IMG/VR virus record: IMGVR_UViG_3300029309_000019
Span: 1-64,000 of that record
Origin: an uncultured virus (IMG/VR IMGVR_UViG_3300029309_000019)
Lineage: Duplodnaviria > Heunggongvirae > Uroviricota > Caudoviricetes
Strand: one strand, 5' to 3'
DNA length: 64,000 nucleotides
The notes beneath the pieces were generated by a model. It saw only the letters and a list, made by a program, of their open reading frames with translations, searched no databases and was not told the origin of the DNA. Below are positions 1 to 6,284 of this stretch, piece after piece. Numbering within the stretch: position 1 is the stretch's first letter; each line of letters opens with the position of its first letter. The position numbers were made by a program, and so were the translations under genes.

Positions 1-295
1 CATCTGCACACTTGATGATAGTGAGATGTTGCTTACCATACCTTCTAGTGTACTCCTCACCCAAAGCCATCATGTGTAGCCAAAGCCACGTGTAGTGTTG
101 GGTACTCTCTCTAGTCCATATAGTAGAGGGGTGGTTGTAGTGCGCCTTTTTGTAAGGCACATGTTCCCCTCTACCATAGTGGTGGTGTGCAGTGCATAAC
201 ATCTGCGCACACTCTAGTATCATCTTGACTTTATGTTTGTCATAGAAGTATGATGCACACACCTCTGGGTCTTCGTGTAAATAAAATATGTTCAT
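1..295 (-). CDS. Pyrimidine-dimer DNA glycosylase/endonuclease V-like family protein (runs off the window edge)
   Basis: Not in the ORF track. Hand translation: MNIFYLHEDPEVCASYFYDKHKVKMILECAQMLCTAH...YKKAHYNHPSTIWTRES...LGEEYTRRYGKQH. The MNIF..D..DKH.VKM.LE.AQML.T and H.NHP..W motifs are typical of this phage family. Confidence 0.75.
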   Translation of the reverse strand, partial: MNIFYLHEDPEVCASYFYDKHKVKMILECAQMLCTAHHHYGRGEHVPYKKAHYNHPSTIWTRESTQHYTWLWLHMMALGEEYTRRYGKQHLTIIKCAD

Positions 296-296
296 G

Positions 297-689
297 TTAA
301 TATAATTCTAGTTTACTGATATGTTCTACATGTTCATACCAATCGCCTTGTTCTGAATGTATTGCGCCATCTTCTCCCATGCAAACCATAAATGTTTTAG
401 AGTTTTCTCCCTGTCCTATTCCTTCGTTTAATTCAGAATAGTCAGATATAATTCTGTTCACTGCACTAACATCACGGTAAACATCATTCCATTTTAGGTG
501 GTCTCCAATCCATACAATCCAGTATTCTGTATTCTTTACTTTCATTCCAGAATCACTATACTCGATATACTCGTATGTCTTCTCATACCACTTAAAGCTA
601 TCTGTTAAATCGTGTTCCTCTAGAACTTTATCTATTACTTCTCGGTGGTCTTTTCTGACACCGAATATAACTTGACTTCTGTATCCCAT
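297..689 (-). CDS. Hypothetical early protein (130 aa)
   Basis: ORF in the tightly packed leftward early cluster. The MGYRS.V start and W...LKW motif recur in phage proteins. Confidence 0.8.
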   Translation of the reverse strand: MGYRSQVIFGVRKDHREVIDKVLEEHDLTDSFKWYEKTYEYIEYSDSGMKVKNTEYWIVWIGDHLKWNDVYRDVSAVNRIISDYSELNEGIGQGENSKTFMVCMGEDGAIHSEQGDWYEHVEHISKLELY

Positions 690-692
690 TGT

Positions 693-1010
693 TTAAAATA
701 TTTCCATCTTGGTTAATAATTCTTTTGTGTATTTAGCTACAAGTTTTTCTTTGTAGTTTTTAGCTAGGTCTTTTTGGTACTTAAGCTCCATTGATGAAGG
801 AGAACTAGAGGTAAAGTATTTACCTCTGTTTGCGACTAAATCTTTACTATAATCGCTAAAGTCATTGATGTAGTATATACGATTAGTACCATTTTCACCT
901 AAGTAGTTAGCTATTTCCTCGTGTATGAGAAACATTTCTTGTGCTTTTTGTTCAATGTAAGCATCAGCTTTTAGTTGTAATTGCTTGTCAATCTCGTTAG
1001 TTGTTTTCAT
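693..1010 (-). CDS. Hypothetical early protein (105 aa)
   Basis: ORF track; A-rich leader before the ATG; co-oriented and closely spaced. Confidence 0.8.
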   Translation of the reverse strand: MKTTNEIDKQLQLKADAYIEQKAQEMFLIHEEIANYLGENGTNRIYYINDFSDYSKDLVANRGKYFTSSSPSSMELKYQKDLAKNYKEKLVAKYTKELLTKMEIF

Positions 1011-1028
1011 TGTTATATTGTTTTTAGT

Positions 1029-1337
1029 TTATTGTCCATCATCTTCGTATTCTCCTAGCGCTATGTACTCTTTTCTTAGTTGCTCTAGTTGTTCGGATAC
1101 CTTTTCTTTGTTACCCTTGAGTCCAAAGTATTTCTTTGTATCGTTAAACTTCCAATGTCTATGTGGTTTCATTCCTGCTATAAATAGCTTGACATCTCTG
1201 ATAGATACCACTAGGTTATAGAAACCCTTGTGCATAGGGTTGCCATTCATAGATAGTATCGTATCATCTGAACAATCTGCAATGTATCTAGAGTTTTGCA
1301 CTGCATCTGTGTATGTTAATATCTTTTCTGTGTACAT
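1029..1337 (-). CDS. Hypothetical early protein (102 aa)
   Basis: ORF track; contains GMKPHRHWKFNDTKKYFGLKG. Confidence 0.8.
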   Translation of the reverse strand: MYTEKILTYTDAVQNSRYIADCSDDTILSMNGNPMHKGFYNLVVSIRDVKLFIAGMKPHRHWKFNDTKKYFGLKGNKEKVSEQLEQLRKEYIALGEYEDDGQ

Positions 1338-1339
1338 AG

Positions 1340-1540
1340 TTACGCTGATTTAATTGTTGTTAATAGGTTATCAATTCTTTTCTCTCTCTCTTCCATAGGC
1401 AAAGTATCCCAATCTTGTGGCTTGATTATGCCGTGCGTTGCGAATACAATACGCTCTCTGTTAGCTAGTTTCTGTTCTCTAGTTTCGCTAGCCATATCTG
1501 ACATAGCCATAAACATTTTCATAAAGTTAATCTGTTCCAT
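1340..1540 (-). CDS. Hypothetical early protein (66 aa)
   Basis: ORF track; PQDWDTLPMEEREKRI motif; A-rich leader. Confidence 0.8.
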   Translation of the reverse strand: MEQINFMKMFMAMSDMASETREQKLANRERIVFATHGIIKPQDWDTLPMEEREKRIDNLLTTIKSA

Positions 1541-1566
1541 TTTAGTTTAGTTTTAGTTGTTTATAA

Positions 1567-1761
1567 TTAAAGAGGTCTTACCTCTAGTTGTATTCTTATG
1601 TATTCATTTCCATTCTCATCTGTATCTACATCTGCTAGTGAGCAGTTCCATTGTCGTATGATGACAGGCATACTATCTAGCCACCTTGTATCTTTCTCAT
1701 ACGCAGGTACTTCAAAGCTACATAAATCATTTCCGTTGTAATCTTCTATAACTATCTTCAT
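1567..1761 (-). CDS. Hypothetical early protein (64 aa)
   Basis: ORF track; ATGA overlap with the upstream gene. Confidence 0.75.
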   Translation of the reverse strand: MKIVIEDYNGNDLCSFEVPAYEKDTRWLDSMPVIIRQWNCSLADVDTDENGNEYIRIQLEVRPL

Positions 1762-1982
1762 AATTCCATTGCGTAATCCATTATTCTATCGTGCATTATA
1801 TCTGTATCAAAGAAGGCAAAATAGAAATCTGTTATATCTCTTCCATTAGCCAAGGCTTTGGTAATTGTTACGATAGTTTCTGATGGTTGCTCCCAAGTAG
1901 AAGGAGCGTAATAAAAGTCATACTCTATCTCTAGTATGTTATCGTTTATCTCTTCCGAGTATGTTCCTGTATGTGTTCTCAT
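1758..1982 (-). CDS. Hypothetical acidic early protein (74 aa)
   Basis: ORF track; coupled to its neighbours. Confidence 0.75.
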   Translation of the reverse strand: MRTHTGTYSEEINDNILEIEYDFYYAPSTWEQPSETIVTITKALANGRDITDFYFAFFDTDIMHDRIMDYAMEL

Positions 1983-1983
1983 G

Positions 1984-2250
1984 TCAGTCGTTGTATTGAT
2001 TGTAATAGTTAGTAAAATGTTCTACGATTGCTCTGCCTTCTCTAGTATGAAAGCCGTAGCTATGTGTGTACATACCATCTATGCTTTCGTTACCTAGTAC
2101 AAACCTCATCAGTGCATCAGCACTAGGTAGGTCGTCCCATAGGTAATCTAGTTCGTTACACGCTTCTGCTATCGCTTGTGTGTTGTGTCTAGGTTCTTCT
2201 CCTAGTTCTTTGATGTAGTCCTCTACATCATACTTTGTTAACTCGTTCAT
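1984..2250 (-). CDS. Hypothetical early protein (88 aa, start revised to MNELTKYDV)
   Basis: The track start at 2322 overlaps a separate 36-aa ORF. The ATG at 2250 follows the CTAGATATG junction seen at other early genes. Confidence 0.7.
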   Translation of the reverse strand: MNELTKYDVEDYIKELGEEPRHNTQAIAEACNELDYLWDDLPSADALMRFVLGNESIDGMYTHSYGFHTREGRAIVEHFTNYYNQYND

Positions 2251-2252
2251 AT

Positions 2253-2363
2253 CTAGTTGTTTATCAAGTTGAAAATTATCATTGTTATCATTACGAGAAA
2301 CCCTAGGTACATCACTGCGCACTCTAGGATTTCTATTCTTGCTCTCTTCTTACTCTTCTTCAT
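2253..2363 (-). CDS. Single-TM micropeptide (36 aa)
   Basis: Hand translation MKKSKKRARIEILECAVMYLGFLVMITMIIFNLINN*. Basic N-terminus plus hydrophobic helix; ATGA overlap with the upstream ORF. Confidence 0.65.
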   Translation of the reverse strand: MKKSKKRARIEILECAVMYLGFLVMITMIIFNLINN

Positions 2364-2596
2364 AATACATATTCTTTAAAGAATCTATCTACTATTACCA
2401 TAGCATTCATTCTAGCGTAATACTCTTGTTGCGTTAGAGTACCCGTTCTTTGTGGGCTAGGTAGTGCTATCTCCTTCTCAAGTAGTTGCTTTGTACTACC
2501 CTCTAGGTGTTCGTACTTTATGGTATACTCATCATATCCCATTAGTATTCTTCTAGTAATTGTCTCAATCAATTCATTCTTTTTATTCCAATCCAT
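2360..2596 (-). CDS. Hypothetical early protein (78 aa)
   Basis: ORF track; fills the operon without gaps. Confidence 0.75.
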   Translation of the reverse strand: MDWNKKNELIETITRRILMGYDEYTIKYEHLEGSTKQLLEKEIALPSPQRTGTLTQQEYYARMNAMVIVDRFFKEYVL

Positions 2597-2600
2597 AATT

Positions 2601-2684
2601 CTATTTATCTTGGTTAATATATCTTAATAAAAATACTACGAAGTAGTATATGATTAGGTAAACTGCTAGGTCTATCGGTGTCAT
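2601..2684 (-). CDS. Single-TM micropeptide (27 aa)
   Basis: Hand translation MTPIDLAVYLIIYYFVVFLLRYINQDK*; exactly fills the gap between two ORFs. Confidence 0.6.
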   Translation of the reverse strand: MTPIDLAVYLIIYYFVVFLLRYINQDK

Positions 2685-2687
2685 ATC

Positions 2688-3041
2688 TTAGAAATTTATC
2701 CATTCGGCACCTACCTTTACTACCTTTACTTCCTCTTCAGTATACATCACTTCTTCTTGGTGAAAGTTTTTCTTGATGTAGTTGCATAAGCTAGATAGTT
2801 TATCGGGCTTTACACCATCTGTGATTAGTGTTAGTCGGTAGCTATCTTCTTCTACCATTACCCAAGCGTTTGGATGGATTTTATTACCCGTATCAGGATG
2901 TTTCCACCCACCTTGTATCTTTTGTAGTGAGTAGCCACCGAAGGTATCGCATACTAATTCTAGTACATTCTCTAGATGTACTTGTTCTGCATTGTCTGTG
3001 TGTTTGCCACTTATGGCAAAATAAATTTCATATCTTATCAT
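2688..3041 (-). CDS. DUF3574-like / phage SAM-lyase-like ferredoxin-fold protein
   Basis: Pattern F.GGYS.....GGW.......E.S..L.......L...IK..F.QE.V resembles DUF3574 and phage SAM lyases. Confidence 0.5.
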   Translation of the reverse strand: MIRYEIYFAISGKHTDNAEQVHLENVLELVCDTFGGYSLQKIQGGWKHPDTGNKIHPNAWVMVEEDSYRLTLITDGVKPDKLSSLCNYIKKNFHQEEVMYTEEEVKVVKVGAEWINF

Positions 3042-3052
3042 ATCTAGTTTTT

Positions 3053-3355
3053 TTAGTGTACAACAATATTTACTTCGTACCAGTTATCGCTATCGTATTG
3101 TATCTTGAATGTTATGTCAAACCAATGGTGTTCTTTATCCCATTCACAAGAGTACTCCTCTATGTAGGAAAATTTACTTATGGCATCTATCTTTTGCATT
3201 AGTTCTGAGAATGTAAGAGTCTTCCTTCTACTTGACCATTGAAGTCGTATGTCTTTATTAATGGAGGTATGGAAGAAGTCATCTAGCGTTAGGCGTAGTT
3301 CATCTTGTAGCATTCCATCGAGGTGTACTAATTTGTTCAGTATTGTCGGTTTCAT
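3053..3355 (-). CDS. Hypothetical early protein (100 aa)
   Basis: ORF track; preceded by CTAGATATG. Confidence 0.75.
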   Translation of the reverse strand: MKPTILNKLVHLDGMLQDELRLTLDDFFHTSINKDIRLQWSSRRKTLTFSELMQKIDAISKFSYIEEYSCEWDKEHHWFDITFKIQYDSDNWYEVNIVVH

Positions 3356-3357
3356 AT

Positions 3358-3447
3358 CTAGTATTTTTTCTTGTTAATTACTCGGTAGGCATTAGCTTTT
3401 GCTCTAGCTACCTCTCTCTTTACTTTAATAGTTCTAAATGTACTCAT
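3358..3447 (-). CDS. Basic micropeptide (29 aa)
   Basis: Hand translation MSTFRTIKVKREVARAKANAYRVINKKKY*; A-rich leader; stop is 2 nt from the next ATG. Confidence 0.55.
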   Translation of the reverse strand: MSTFRTIKVKREVARAKANAYRVINKKKY

Positions 3448-3466
3448 GATATAATTTTTTTAAGTT

Positions 3467-3598
3467 TTATTTAACTAATGTTATTTTATTGTCCTCAAAT
3501 TCTCTATATAGTATATCTGCAACACGATAAACCATATCTAAATCGCTACCTACTATATCTATTGCTAAATTATAGCAATACTTTTCTAATTCATTCAT
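3467..3598 (-). CDS. Small protein (43 aa) directly downstream of the hammerhead cleavage site
   Basis: Hand translation MNELEKYCYNLAIDIVGSDLDMVYRVADILYREFEDNKITLVK*; Bacteroidota-style A-rich leader (AAAACTAATAAAACT ATG). Confidence 0.6.
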   Translation of the reverse strand: MNELEKYCYNLAIDIVGSDLDMVYRVADILYREFEDNKITLVK

Positions 3599-3613
3599 AG
3601 TTTTATTAGTTTT

Positions 3614-3710
3614 AAGTTACAGACTAGGGGAATGTTACCTGTGTAGCTCTTATGTCTACCATATTCGTTATCCCCTAGTTTCGACCTATTAGGTCTCATC
3701 AGTATAACTC
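3614..3710 (-). ncRNA. Hammerhead ribozyme (type I topology)
   Basis: Minus strand reads GAGUUAUA-CUGAUGA-GACCU aau AGGUC-GAAA-CUAGGGGA...UCCCCUAG-UC^-UGUAACUU. Invariant core is complete, stem I is 8 bp (two G.U), stem II 5 bp, stem III 8 bp plus A-U. GUC cleavage triplet, predicted cut between 3622 and 3621. It is intergenic and on the sense strand. Confidence 0.92.
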
Positions 3711-3922
3711 TAGCAAGACACTTCTGTCTTCTCTACGGCAAACCTAGAGATGCTATAAGCATAAGCTAGGGAGTACTTGTGTTCCTCGATAGCTTCTTCT
3801 AGTTCCATAGCTTCTTGAAACTCTGGGTTTACTCGGTAGTTGTTGATTACTCTCTTGTTAACACCTAGTTGAATAGCTTCGTTTACTAGGTCTAAGTCGA
3901 ATGATAATACTGCATTTGTCAT
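3710..3922 (-). CDS. First early protein (70 aa), between the tRNA-like element and the hammerhead
   Basis: ORF track; its TAG stop abuts hammerhead stem I. Confidence 0.75.
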   Translation of the reverse strand: MTNAVLSFDLDLVNEAIQLGVNKRVINNYRVNPEFQEAMELEEAIEEHKYSLAYAYSISRFAVEKTEVSC

Positions 3923-3943
3923 GATTGAAAAATTTAAAGTTAG

Positions 3944-4041
3944 TGGTGGACAAGGGTATCGCTCCCTTCGGATATGCTAGTACGACATCTCTAGTAGAGA
4001 CCTAGCAACGGACAAGTTATCCGTAGTCATTCTAGTCCACC
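3944..4041 (-). ncRNA. tRNA-like element (acceptor plus T-arm mimic, non-canonical body)
   Basis: 7-bp acceptor-like stem GGUGGAC/GUCCACC with discriminator A. A 5-bp arm AAGGG-AGCGAUA-CCCUU with a 7-nt T-loop-like loop sits directly next to it. Internal hairpins ACGGAUA/UGUCCGU and UGCUAG/CUAGCA. No encoded CCA and no normal anticodon arm. Confidence 0.6.
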
Positions 4042-4515
4042 TAGAATACCTAGTCGATTTTTGGAGTGCTACCTTTGGCTAACCTAGTAGGAGCGTAGTT
4101 TGTCTGACCTAGCAGAACACCTAGAGGATACCCTCTAGTTACTTGCTGACAAGTCGCTCGTTCCTAGTGATACGGCCATTGGCATTTCACACAATGTATC
4201 GTTAATCGAGAACGCATTCGTATTTCTATCTAGTGTAGGTGGTCAAACCTAGTGTTATCTAGTAATACTCAGACGCTAATCTACATGCTCTCTAGTCGTT
4301 ATCTAGCCGATTGTCTCTCAACCTCGAGTGGTAACCTAGTAGCTAGGAGGTGGCACTCTTGATATGGTTCTAGCATATCTCTAGAGGTGGCTAGGGGTAT
4401 CCCTAGGGGTAATCAAGGTCTTCTAGATAGGACAGGAGGTACACTTGATTAGCGTGTTTTCAGTATGTCAGGTGCTAGTGTTAGTAGCTTGTCGGTTGCT
4501 CGTTTGCTGTCGACA
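4042..4515 (-). ncRNA. Candidate large structured non-coding RNA / early leader
   Basis: No ORF of 60 aa or more; GC higher than flanks. Nested stems: ACGCUAAUC(4455-4447)/GAUUAGCGU(4281-4273), CUUGAU/AUCAAG, GAAUGC/GUAUUC, UCGAUU/AAUCGA, GAGCG/CGCUC, UUGUC/GACAA, CUAGAGG/CCUCUAG. G.U pairs favour the minus strand. Confidence 0.55.
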
Positions 4516-4518
4516 CCT

Positions 4519-4550
4519 CAAACACACAAAAACAAATCGTAATTACCAAA
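4519..4550 (-). promoter_or_regulatory. Possible early promoter (variant Bacteroidota -33/-7)
   Basis: TTTG-N20-TGTGTTTG. Spacing matches the other promoters, but TG replaces the consensus TA. Confidence 0.4.
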
Positions 4551-4932
4551 TTACTAGAGAAGAAAGGGGGGTACACAAAACGATTTGAGGGGGTGGCCTA
4601 GGTTAAACTTTGTAATATACTAGATGGGGTGTAGGGGTTAGCACACAACAAAACACTTGCGCAAACCATCAGAAACCTATCGAGAGCCACAGATAGTTCA
4701 CTAGAACGCACTAGATGGGGGCTAGAGAGGGGGGAGGGGGTGGCCACGGAGCGCACGAGTTACCACTAGAGAAAGATAACTAGCGCTGACTAGATAAGAC
4801 CCCACCCCGTTGGGACATTCGGTTTGGGTATTGTAATGTAGGTGTACACACGCATGCATAAACCCCCACCCCAGAACTGTGTGCGCCAATACAGCAAGAC
4901 ACCACATACAGTAGTTAGGTATATATAGGCAT

Positions 4933-4972
4933 AAAAAAAGGCTAACTCACTGTGTTATAGTCAGTTAACCTT
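4933..4972 (-). terminator. Intrinsic terminator of the basic-microprotein operon
   Basis: Minus strand AAGGTTAACT...AGTTAGCCTT followed by a T-run, downstream of the last leftward ORF (5051). Confidence 0.65.
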
Positions 4973-4987
4973 ATTATTTAGTATTAT

Positions 4988-5053
4988 TAGTGTAATGTGG
5001 TTACACTTGTAGTGTAATGAGAGTACGCTTGTAGTGTAATGTGGTTACACTTA
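4988..5053. repeat. 3 x 22-bp tandem repeat of imperfect palindromes
   Basis: TAGTGTAATGTGGTTACACTTG / TAGTGTAATGAGAGTACGCTTG / TAGTGTAATGTGGTTACACTTA; core AGTGTAA-N5-TTACACT. Confidence 0.9.
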
Positions 5054-5299
5054 TGACTTCTTAGAACGTACTTTAGCTTTCTTTGTGTTAGCAACGAATT
5101 GTTTACCCTTGCTACCGCCTGCTTTTTTCTTTCTGGCAGTCTTAGCACGCTCTGCTTTTGACAAGCTCCTTGCTTTTGATAATGGCAAACATCGGTCAGG
5201 ATTCTTTTTGTTCTTGCTTGTACCGCACTCACCTTTGATTGAGCCGTCTGTACCTATTCTAACCCACCTTTGTTTGAGCCATTTCTTTAATTCACCCAT
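5051..5299 (-). CDS. Basic small protein (82 aa), DUF5872-like region family
   Basis: LKKW.KQ.W...G...CG......RCLP..KA..LS..ER..T..KK motif, common in aquatic phages. Confidence 0.8.
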   Translation of the reverse strand: MGELKKWLKQRWVRIGTDGSIKGECGTSKNKKNPDRCLPLSKARSLSKAERAKTARKKKAGGSKGKQFVANTKKAKVRSKKS

Positions 5300-5427
5300 T
5301 ATTTTCTACCCTTTTTCTTTTTACCACCGTTTCTCTTTAGTGCTCTAAAGTCTGCAGCTGTTATCTTATTAAATGGTGGTGCTGCTTTTGCGATGCGCAT
5401 CTGCGCTGGTGTCATTTTTTTTGCCAT
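5299..5427 (-). CDS. Basic microprotein (42 aa)
   Basis: Hand translation MAKKMTPAQMRIAKAAPPFNKITAADFRALKRNGGKKKKGRK*; TAATG coupling to the next gene. Confidence 0.75.
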   Translation of the reverse strand: MAKKMTPAQMRIAKAAPPFNKITAADFRALKRNGGKKKKGRK

Positions 5428-5429
5428 AA

Positions 5430-5501
5430 TTATTTTCTACCTTTCATACCCTTACTAATTCTAGTAGAGGTTTTTTTCTTTTTAAGTTTCTTTTTCATCA
5501 T
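5430..5501 (-). CDS. Lys-rich micropeptide (23 aa)
   Basis: MMKKKLKKKKTSTRISKGMKGRK*; ATGA overlap with the upstream ORF. Confidence 0.55.
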   Translation of the reverse strand: MMKKKLKKKKTSTRISKGMKGRK

Positions 5502-5623
5502 TTCTTTTTCTTTTTAGGTGTCATTGATTTTAACATTTTGTCAATACGCACTGCTTGTGATTTATGCATTGCAGATGCTTTTCTTAACTCTCCTGCAATT
5601 TTTCTTAGTTTAGATTTGTCCAT
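5498..5623 (-). CDS. Basic microprotein (41 aa)
   Basis: MDKSKLRKIAGELRKASAMHKSQAVRIDKMLKSMTPKKKKK*; TAATG coupling. Confidence 0.75.
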   Translation of the reverse strand: MDKSKLRKIAGELRKASAMHKSQAVRIDKMLKSMTPKKKKK

Positions 5624-5781
5624 TACTTTTTCTTTCTTTTAGAGCCCTTTGCATAGTTTGGGTCTTTGCAATACTTAGAAGCTGCCAAATTTGCATATGC
5701 GCTTGGATACTTATCAAACGTACGCTTAGCCCATGCTATACCAGCAGGACAGATTTTATTTGATTTCTTTTTCTTTGCCAT
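5623..5781 (-). CDS. Basic microprotein (52 aa) with KYPSAYAN motif
   Basis: MAKKKKSNKICPAGIAWAKRTFDKYPSAYANLAASKYCKDPNYAKGSKRKKK*; TAATG coupling on both sides. Confidence 0.8.
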   Translation of the reverse strand: MAKKKKSNKICPAGIAWAKRTFDKYPSAYANLAASKYCKDPNYAKGSKRKKK

Positions 5782-5969
5782 TATTTTTTCTTTTTAGCTT
5801 TTGGCTTAGCCTTAGCTTTCGCTGTCTTAGATAATTCATTAAAGTGATACAGTCTTACACTAGTTGCTGTATGTGATTTGTTAGTATGTAAAGTACCATT
5901 AGGCATTTTATGCATATTACCTTTCCACTCTTTACCATTTCTAGTGTAATGTTTTACTCCTTTTCCCAT
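5781..5969 (-). CDS. Basic small protein (62 aa)
   Basis: HY...G....G..HKMPNG.LH....H...S..L.H..ELS motif. Confidence 0.8.
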   Translation of the reverse strand: MGKGVKHYTRNGKEWKGNMHKMPNGTLHTNKSHTATSVRLYHFNELSKTAKAKAKPKAKKKK

Positions 5970-5984
5970 GATTATTTTTTTTTA

Positions 5985-6284
5985 TTAATATTTACCTTTA
6001 CGTCCTTTCGGAGATGATTTCTTAGAACCTCCAGAACCAGCCCATAAATTTTTACAAGCCCAATATCTAGCAGATAATTTATTCTTGGCAGAACCACATC
6101 GGTGTCTTGCTTTGAAAGATTTACGTGCAGCAGCGGAATAATTATGCCCGTATCCAGTAGCTCCGTAGTGAATAATTTTTTCTTGGCCATTAGCACAAGC
6201 CTTAACAACTCTCTTCTTCTTAGGATTAGGAGAGCGTCTTGGCTTGTTGCAGGCCATTTTACTTTTGTCTAACTTCTTAGCCAC
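5985..6284 (-). CDS. Basic small protein (~99 aa; probable GTG start)
   Basis: C-terminal part of the 121-aa track ORF: KK..VKAC..G.EKIIH.G..GY....ARKSF.ARH.C......SARYWAC..LW. The exact start is uncertain. Confidence 0.75.
   Translation of the reverse strand: MAKKLDKSKMACNKPRRSPNPKKKRVVKACANGQEKIIHYGATGYGHNYSAAARKSFKARHRCGSAKNKLSARYWACKNLWAGSGGSKKSSPKGRKGKY

Noticed and set aside
2085..2112. Second hammerhead-like core (CUGAUGA...GAAA on the minus strand)
   Set aside because: It lies inside a coding frame (ALMRFVLGNES), stem II is poor, and stems I and III do not pair around a valid cleavage triplet.
3944..4041. Canonical tRNA or tmRNA
   Set aside because: No D-loop GG, no 7-nt anticodon loop, no UUC in the T-loop, no CCA and no tag reading frame. 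Kept only as a tRNA-like element.
4988..5053. Mini CRISPR array
   Set aside because: The units are directly abutting 22-mers and the middle unit is a degenerate copy rather than a unique spacer; no cas genes are present.
4722..5232. Track ORFs 4722-4907 and 4987-5232
   Set aside because: They run through G/C tracts, the repeat array or an alternative frame of a better gene, and have unnatural composition.
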